In this document: piece by piece, positions 56,168 through 64,000 of the stretch
Position numbering within the stretch: position 1 is the stretch's first letter
How the letters are laid out: every line of letters begins with the position of its first letter
Source of the DNA: Octopus vulgaris
Taxonomy: Eukaryota
Direction: 5' to 3'
Length of the DNA: 64,000 nucleotides
Assembly (NCBI GenBank): GCA_951406725.2
Contig: OX597829.1
Location: forward strand, 8,308,001 to 8,372,000
Notes under the pieces: model-generated
Seen by the model: the letters and a program-made list of their open reading frames with translations, nothing else
Told to the model about the DNA's origin: nothing
Database searches by the model: none
Translations under genes and position numbers: made by a program

Positions 56168-56991
56168 TTAAGTGATAAACAAAAGTAAAGAAAATCGTTC
56201 TTAGAGAAACGATGGCTAACTTTATTAATTCACAGCCGCTTAAATACATCCTGGCATCCTTTATTAGTGATTTACCAGACTTTCTGTAGTCACAAAATAT
56301 ATACAGTCTGATAGAAATGATCCGAACTCTGCGTGAAATATTAAATATTTTCTTTTCTCTTGGCATCCAAATATACACCTGTTGTAGGTTTTACCCACTA
56401 TCCATTATTTCTGATACAGACCATCCCTAATCATCAACAAAGATGAGAAGTAGATCATCAATCTATATGTTGCTTATTCAGAATGAAAAATCGGTGAAGG
56501 CAGACTCTAAATTAAAACAGAGGGTTGGTTGTCCTTCATTAAGACCTGATGCAAAGAAGAAATATGCCAAATACTATGATGAAGTTAATATAATCGGTCT
56601 ATTTTGAATTGCAACTCTAGTATATTTCTACTCAATTCAAATATTAATTTTTTAGACTATAATAGAATTAAAACCCTTAATATAGGTACTGACATTTGGT
56701 ACCCTCACATACACATGCACACATACACACACACACTGCTATATTATTTAAATGGATATCATTATATAGTGCTTATCGTTTAAAATTACTTATTTTTCTA
56801 CCTTAATTCTATGCCAAAATGTTAGATATCTTCTGGCCAGCTGAATCTGTAGTGAGATTCTAAAGATTACCAATACTTCTTGGTGTATGTAAGCTTGGTT
56901 ATTTGATATTTTGCAAGTCGGTTTGAAGACTGTTGTATAATCATATAATCATATAACTAGATATACACACGCAGACGTAACACGCACACAC

Positions 56992-57087
<96 letters not shown>

Positions 57088-57488
57088 CTTTAAATGTCAG
57101 CTTTCCTTATGAGAAATATATTATGTTGATGTCTTCCGTAGAGCCTAAACTCTTGAGCACTGCCAACTGTTGAAGCCGGTTTACAACACATCACCTTATC
57201 TTGATATATCTAACTTGGTTTCGGCATAAACTATAATGTGCTACACTACACATATCCTTATGCATACGTCAATTGTAACAAAAATACAAAATACATGAAA
57301 AGACTATATAAAACAGTGTAAAACTGAAGAATATTTATATTCTTTGATTCCCCTCACCTTCTCTCGTTTCGAAAAAATTCCCGTTTCCCTTGTCGCCCTT
57401 CCTCTCTACCAGATTTTCATCCCGCTTACACACACACGCGCGCGCGCACACACACACACGCACACGCGCACACACAAGCACATACACA

Positions 57489-57582
<94 letters not shown>

Positions 57583-57965
57583 AATGTATATGTATGTATG
57601 TATAAGTATTTTGCATTTATTTTTTTCTTGCAGCTGTGATAGTGTGTTTGTAAAATTTTTCTGAGTGCAATAGGATTAGAAAACAAATGTAAACATGCGT
57701 CTCGTGTCGTCTCCACAGATATATAAAGCTCTACCGCAGTCTGCTGCTCGTTGCCTCTGCCGCTTGCTGCTGCTGCTGCGGAGTTTTTTGTTTATTTTTT
57801 TCTTTGCCACACCGATCTTTCCGACTAATATTTACCATTATAAAGAAAAAAGAAATCCTACATCTTAGAATGAGGAGCCACAACTCTCTTTTGATTTGAA
57901 TTTTGATGTAGCTGACCACATAAAGATGAGCATTGTGAGGAGTTGTTATTGCGTATATGTGGGCC

Positions 57966-58019
<54 letters not shown>

Positions 58020-58039
58020 TATGTGCGTGTGTGCGTGTG

Positions 58040-58083
<44 letters not shown>

Positions 58084-58225
58084 CATATGCATCTATGTAT
58101 ATACATAAAAATATGTATATACATACACCCTCTTCCCCAAACACACACCTATACGTATCCGATATCGGATTCGGATCTGTTCTCATTTTTCTGTTTTATA
58201 ATGCACTTGTAGAACACTTTCCTCC

Positions 58226-58264
<39 letters not shown>

Positions 58265-58660
58265 TCACTCTCCTTCTTGGTCTCTCACCCCCCTCTCTCT
58301 CTCTGTTTCAGTATATATTATATATTTATGTTTAAAAATCCTTAATCTCTTACATTATAACTATATTGCTTCGACGTGAACGCTAGACCCAATGGCCGAT
58401 TGAACGAAACCATGGTCCTGAAATGCAATCTTTGTTTACTTCATTCATAAATAAACACGAAGCAGATTTTACCCACTTTCAACAAGGTTGCATTCAATGT
58501 TTTTGATTTTGTTCCACAAAATGAACTATATGCGTGTGTGTGTGTATTTGTGTCTTTGTATGTGTGTATATATATGTATATATGTATATATGTACTCACA
58601 CACACACACATATATATATACATATGTATATATACATATATACATATATATATATATATA

Positions 58661-58705
<45 letters not shown>

Positions 58706-58745
58706 GTATATATACATATATATATTACACATATATACGCACTCC

Positions 58746-58788
<43 letters not shown>

Positions 58789-59489
58789 CACGCACACACA
58801 CATGTATACATATATATATTCACACGGACATATGTGCGCATATGTATATAAATATATATGTATATCTACCCTTCTAACTACTTTTTTCTCTCTATGATAT
58901 ATAGACATACATACTCACATAAACACAGATACACACACACATACACGAACATACTTACACACTCACATACACAGATATGTACGTATAAACGTAGGTATAT
59001 ATGCATGCATGTATGTATTAAGGAAGAAAGAAGCATTAATTTGAAAGTTCTTCTGAAGTCTTTTATTTACATTAACTCAAACTGGTTTCTGAATTTCATG
59101 ATGTTCCTAACTGTATATTGTGGATCGTAACCAATTTTATTTGGTAGAATAAAGCAAAAACAAAACCTTCAACAGATGTAGTTTAAATTTCATCGTTTTT
59201 ATTTTCATACAAATAAAGTTTTAAAAATTTGAATAGGAAATAATCATTTTACACTTTTGGGTGAGTGTCAATTTCTAAATTATTGTTTTTGACCTGCAAA
59301 TTTTAAAATACTAATAAATGCCTTATAAGTGTTTCCAAATGTTTCTTTCATTTTCCTCGATATTTGTGCAGTTGTGGTTTATACTGTGATTAACAGAATC
59401 AAGAATGTGTTTGCTAACCATTCCTGATTTTAATTCGGTTCTAAAGCAACAAAGTAAACTACACACACTGTATGTATATATATATATAT

Positions 59490-59754
59490 TAATCAATATA
59501 GGGTAGCAAAAAATTCAATAGAAATTTTTTCGCCACCAGCGGTCTAGTGAGAAAGAGAAAATAGTCATAGACTATATATATAAATTTAACAACAATTGAG
59601 GAATGGCCTTAATAGGCCATTCGACCCACTAGAAAGAGCAGCCAAGACTCAAACCGCCAAGTAGTAGTAATTCAGAAATTAAAGGAAAGTTTAAAAACAT
59701 TTACCCTAATTCATCTTTAGACAATGCATTGTTTAAAGATGAATTAGGGTAAAT

Positions 59755-59759
<5 letters not shown>
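59490..59759 (-). mobile_element. TA-flanked element ending in a ~66 bp near-perfect hairpin
   Basis: AAACATTTACCCTAATTCATCTTTA..ATGCAT..TAAAGATGAATTAGGGTAAATGTTT at 59694-59759. Confidence 0.7.
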
Positions 59760-59829
<70 letters not shown>

Positions 59830-59949
59830 AGTATGTATGTATGTATATACACACATATATAATTACATACATACAAATACGTTAATATGTGTGCATTTTT
59901 GTATAGAAGGTTATCATAGGTGTGTGTCATTGTATCTCTGTGCATATGT

Positions 59950-60277
59950 TCAGATCCCCTTCAGCAATGACTGACCATGGGATTGCACCGAAAAAGTTAC
60001 CCTACGAGGCACAAGTCCGGGCAAGGTTGTTTATGGAAGACCAGCAGTCGCCCATTCATACCAGCCTCCCCTCTCCACGCCACCAGTGTTATCCAATGGA
60101 AAGGCCGATACAGCTTGGCACCAGTGATGTCGCAACTCATTTCTACAGCTGAGTGAGCCGGAGCAACATGAAATAAAGTGTCTTGCTCAAGAACACAACA
60201 CGCAGCCCGGTCCGGGATTCGAGCTCACAACCTCACGTTCGTAAGCTCGACGCTCTAACCACTGAGCCATGCGCCTT
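59950..60277 (-). mobile_element. tRNA-derived SINE (family C-type head, different tail)
   Basis: Minus GGCGCATGGCTCAGTGGTTAGAGC..CTCGAATCCC..TTCTTGAGCAAGACACTT..CACTCAGCTG. Confidence 0.82.
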
Positions 60278-60643
60278 AATATGTATTGTATGTATAAATG
60301 TCTGCACTTATGTACGTATATTTTGTTTAAAGTGGTTGCTTTTATTTTTTTGCAAAGAACGGTTTCCGAATAATAAACGTCATTGTACTGTCCGTCAAGT
60401 TGTAACTGAAGTACAACAATTGCGCGCTTCAGCTACACCATAGATGATTCTTGTTACCAGAGGCAAATCACTGAAGTGTTACATAGAAGAAAAGTTTCAA
60501 ATTTACATCATGTCCCTAACTTTGTTTCTTTTGCTTCCGCTTTTAGGATTCTTGTCTCATATTTTGTTTCTCTCTCCTACTTCATGGTTCTGAACGTTTT
60601 TCATTCGTTAAATACATCTGACTGGTCGTTAAGCTGTAGTATA

Positions 60644-61125
60644 ATGTATGTATGCATGTATGTATGTATGTATGTATGTATGTATGTATGTATGTATGTA
60701 TGTATGTATGTATGTATGTATGCATGTATGTATGTATGTATGTATGTATGTATGTATGTATGTATGTATGTATGTATGTATGTATGTATGTATGTATGTA
60801 TGTATGTATGTATGTGTGTGTGTATGTATGTATATATGTATGTATGTATCTATGTGTGTGTATGTATGTATGTATGCATCTATGTATGTATGTATGTGTG
60901 TATGTATGTATGTATTATGTATTTATGTATGTATGTATGTATGTATGCATGTATATATGTATGTATGTATGTATGTATTTATGTATGTATGTATGTACAC
61001 ATGCATGTATGTATGTATGTATGTATGTATGTACGTATGTACGTATGTGTGTATGCATGTGTCTGTGTATGTACACATACACACAAATACACACAGACAC
61101 ACACACAAATACACACACACACATA
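60644..61125. repeat. (TATG)n microsatellite
   Basis: Directly visible. Confidence 0.97.
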
Positions 61126-61254
61126 TAGGTTAGTTACAATATGTTTGTGACATATTTCAACAGCTAAAAGGCAAATTAACTACCTACCTAATTAACAAAC
61201 TTAAATTTTGCTTTTGCCTAAACACTACTTGGCGCTAACGTTTCATTATATTTA

Positions 61255-61426
61255 GCAGGAATGACTGAGTGATAAGTAGCTTGCTTACCAACCACATGGT
61301 TCTGGGTTCAGCCCCTTACGTGGCAGTTGGGCAAGTGTCTTCTACTATAGCCTCGGGCCGGCCAAAGCATTGTGAGTGAATTTGGTAGACGGAAACTGAA
61401 AGAAGCCTGTCGTTTATATATATATA

Positions 61427-61479
<53 letters not shown>

Positions 61480-61668
61480 GTGTTTGTGTGTTTGTGTGTA
61501 TATCCCACCATCCCTTGACAACCGTAACTTAAGGACTCGGCAAAATAGACCGATAAAATAAGTATTAGGCTTACAAAGAATAAGTCCTGGTGTTGATTTC
61601 TTCGACTAAAGGTGGTGCTCCAGCATGGCCGCAGTTAAATGACTGAAGCAAATAAAAGAATAAAGGAA
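61255..61668 (+). mobile_element. SINE family A
   Basis: Colinear with 12663-13086, with a small internal deletion. Confidence 0.88.
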
Positions 61669-61679
61669 TATATTTAGTT

Positions 61680-61845
61680 CAAAGTTTACAGAAAACAAAA
61701 GACGAAACAGGTGGCGGAACAAGAATCAGGTGTATTAGTTTGGCGCGCGGGAAAAATGGGAAAACCTTTGACGCTTCGAACCTATGCTCTTCAACGGAAA
61801 GGATTGAGAGGAAAAAAGGGAGTGAGAACCAAGCAAAAAAATATT
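61680..61845 (-). mobile_element. Family H, copy 5 (most diverged)
   Basis: Minus CCTTT-CCGTTGAA-GAGCATAGGTTC-GAAG-CG-TC-AAAGG. Confidence 0.7.
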
Positions 61846-61849
61846 CTCT

Positions 61850-62235
61850 TACGAACCCTAGATATGTTCACGTTTATCTCTGGATATTTACATTATGAAG
61901 GCTATAACCATATATTGGTTTACATAGCATTGCACCTAAAGACTTATGGACTAACATCTAAACTATCGGAAAGCTGAACTGTGAACTTTCATGATACTTT
62001 TTCTTTTTTTCCTTCTTTTCTTTATGCCTTTTCTCCAGTCTTTTATGTCACCATTTCCTTAATCTATGCCTTTCACATTTTCCGTGTTTGTCTCCGATGA
62101 CGGAATATCCCATATTTTGGGATATCCTAGAAACAGATGTAAGACTTTAAAATTTTTCCAATAATAATAACGTATAAGACTTGAGATTTTTGTCTTGTCT
62201 CAGAGTTTTTTGTCCTTTTTAACAATTATATATCC
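61850..62235 (+). mobile_element. Penelope-like 3' remnant with hammerhead motif at 62090-62145
   Basis: Decayed WIFTL*RL*PY.GL (compare the PLE C-terminal WI..L.TL.P.GLN); GTCT-CCGATGA-[ATATCCCA/TGGGATAT stem]-GAAA-CAGATG-TA-AGAC. Confidence 0.65.
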
Positions 62236-62367
62236 TCTATATCGGAAATATACAATGGTTCCACAACTCCCATCTCGGCAATGAGCTTGGATGCCTGGCA
62301 ATCCGTTACACCACTTACCCAGTGTACCTAGCAGTTTAGATCACCTGTGAACTAAACCACCATATTT

Positions 62368-62407
<40 letters not shown>

Positions 62408-62635
62408 ATACGTAAGTGCATAACACACAAACAAACACCCCCCCAACCACACAAACATACACTCTCTCTGTTTTTCTCCCTCACACACATTTCCTCTCTG
62501 TATTAGCATAAAACCGCCTGCTCGATACTTACCTTCATAAGCAGTATTCAGTTCCAGTAAACTTACATAGAAACGTTGGAGTGTATGAATATAAGTATAT
62601 ATATATATATATATATATATATGTGCGTCTGTGTA

Positions 62636-62671
<36 letters not shown>

Positions 62672-62721
62672 TGTATGTATGTATGTATGTTTGTATGTAT
62701 GTATATATATATATATATATA

Positions 62722-62762
<41 letters not shown>

Positions 62763-63022
62763 CAAGAGAATATATTCGTATATTTTTACAGCAAATGAGC
62801 ATAAGCTATCCACGTAGAGGTGGTCTATCCCACCATCGGAGGGAAAATGAGATAATTAGTGGGGAGGCATGGTGTGCCACCATCTAGCGTGAGGTATAAA
62901 GGATAGTAAAAAGATAGGGTCATGAAAATATAAAGGTCGACAGAAACTAACTTCCGTGCTAAGTGATAAACATATAGATTTTAAGAGTTAGAGATAGATA
63001 TATCGTAAGAATGGTAAGTGCC

Positions 63023-63443
63023 AGGCGGCGAGCTGGCAGAAACGTTAGCACGCCGGGCGAAATGCTGAGCGGTATTTCGTCTGGCGTTATGTTCTGAGTT
63101 CAAATTCCGCCGAGGTCGACTTTGCCTTTCATCCTTTCGGGGTCGATTAAATAAATACCAGTTACGCACCGGGGTCGATGTAATCGACTTAATCCGTTTG
63201 TCTGTCCTTGTTTGTCCCCTCTGTGTATAGCCCCTTGTGGGTAGTAAAGAAATAGGTATTTCGTCTATCTTTTACGTTCTGAGTTCAAATTCCGATGAGG
63301 TCGACTTTGCCTTTCATCCTTTCTGGGTCGATAAATTAATTACCAGTTACGCACTGGGGTCGATGTAATCGACTTAATCCGTTTGTCTGTCCTTGTTTGT
63401 CCCCTCTATGTTTAGCCCTTTGTGGGTAGTAAAGAAATAGGTA
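63023..63443 (+). mobile_element. SINE family B with tandem duplication of its 3' ~185 bp
   Basis: ~63071-63255 is repeated at ~63256-63443. Confidence 0.88.
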
Positions 63444-64000
63444 TGAAGAAGGTCATATATACTATTTCTTACTTCTTTATTTCTCATCATGTACAATATT
63501 GTAACAACTGAACAATTATTTTTAAATATATAAATACCACGATCTAAAACAATATCAGTTGTTTAGCTTGTTACTATTTTCATTCTGCTTAACATTTTCA
63601 ATGATAAACCGCCTACAGCCACTCAGTTCTTGACAATTATAACATCACTGTGTTTTCTTTTAATCGCATTTCAAGTCAGAGCTTTAAGTGGTGGGTCAAC
63701 TTGAGCACTTAATGTATGTACTTATTACTTCATTAGGTGCACTATTTCCTGAACTATATATATAAGTACACACAAACGCACACACACACAAATATATATA
63801 TATGCATGTGTAAGTATATATGCATATATATACATACATATATATATATATATACATATTAATATTAATAACATTAATGAATATGAAACTTGTAAATCCA
63901 CAAAATTTATTTTACAGTTATATACAACAAAACATAATGACCTACGCTTGTTTCCACTGCAGCGACTACTCACTGTTGCAAATGCAACCATGCAATATTT

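Overview
AT-rich eukaryotic intronic or intergenic DNA dominated by microsatellites ((TA)n, (CA)n, (TATG)n, (TATC)n, (TAA)n, (TTC)n). The repeat content looks like an octopod cephalopod (inference, not searched). I found no host protein-coding exon, and almost all ORF-track entries are microsatellite translations. The real coding traces are dead transposon fragments: an RTE LINE with a 5' inversion, a second RTE fragment, two R4/Dong-type RLE LINE pieces, Penelope-like GIY-YIG ends, and Tc1 and mariner pieces. There are also many tRNA-derived SINEs, non-autonomous Helitrons and MITEs. The main unexplained structure is a set of about 15-20 short inserts, mostly inside (TA)n tracts. Many are fold-back hairpins with a one-sided tail, and many carry minimal hammerhead ribozyme motifs with a palindromic stem III, including a five-copy family with a non-canonical CUGUNGAA core. 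I interpret these as microsatellite-targeting Penelope-like (PLE) pLTR or retrozyme-like elements. All folds and alignments were made by eye and boundaries are approximate.
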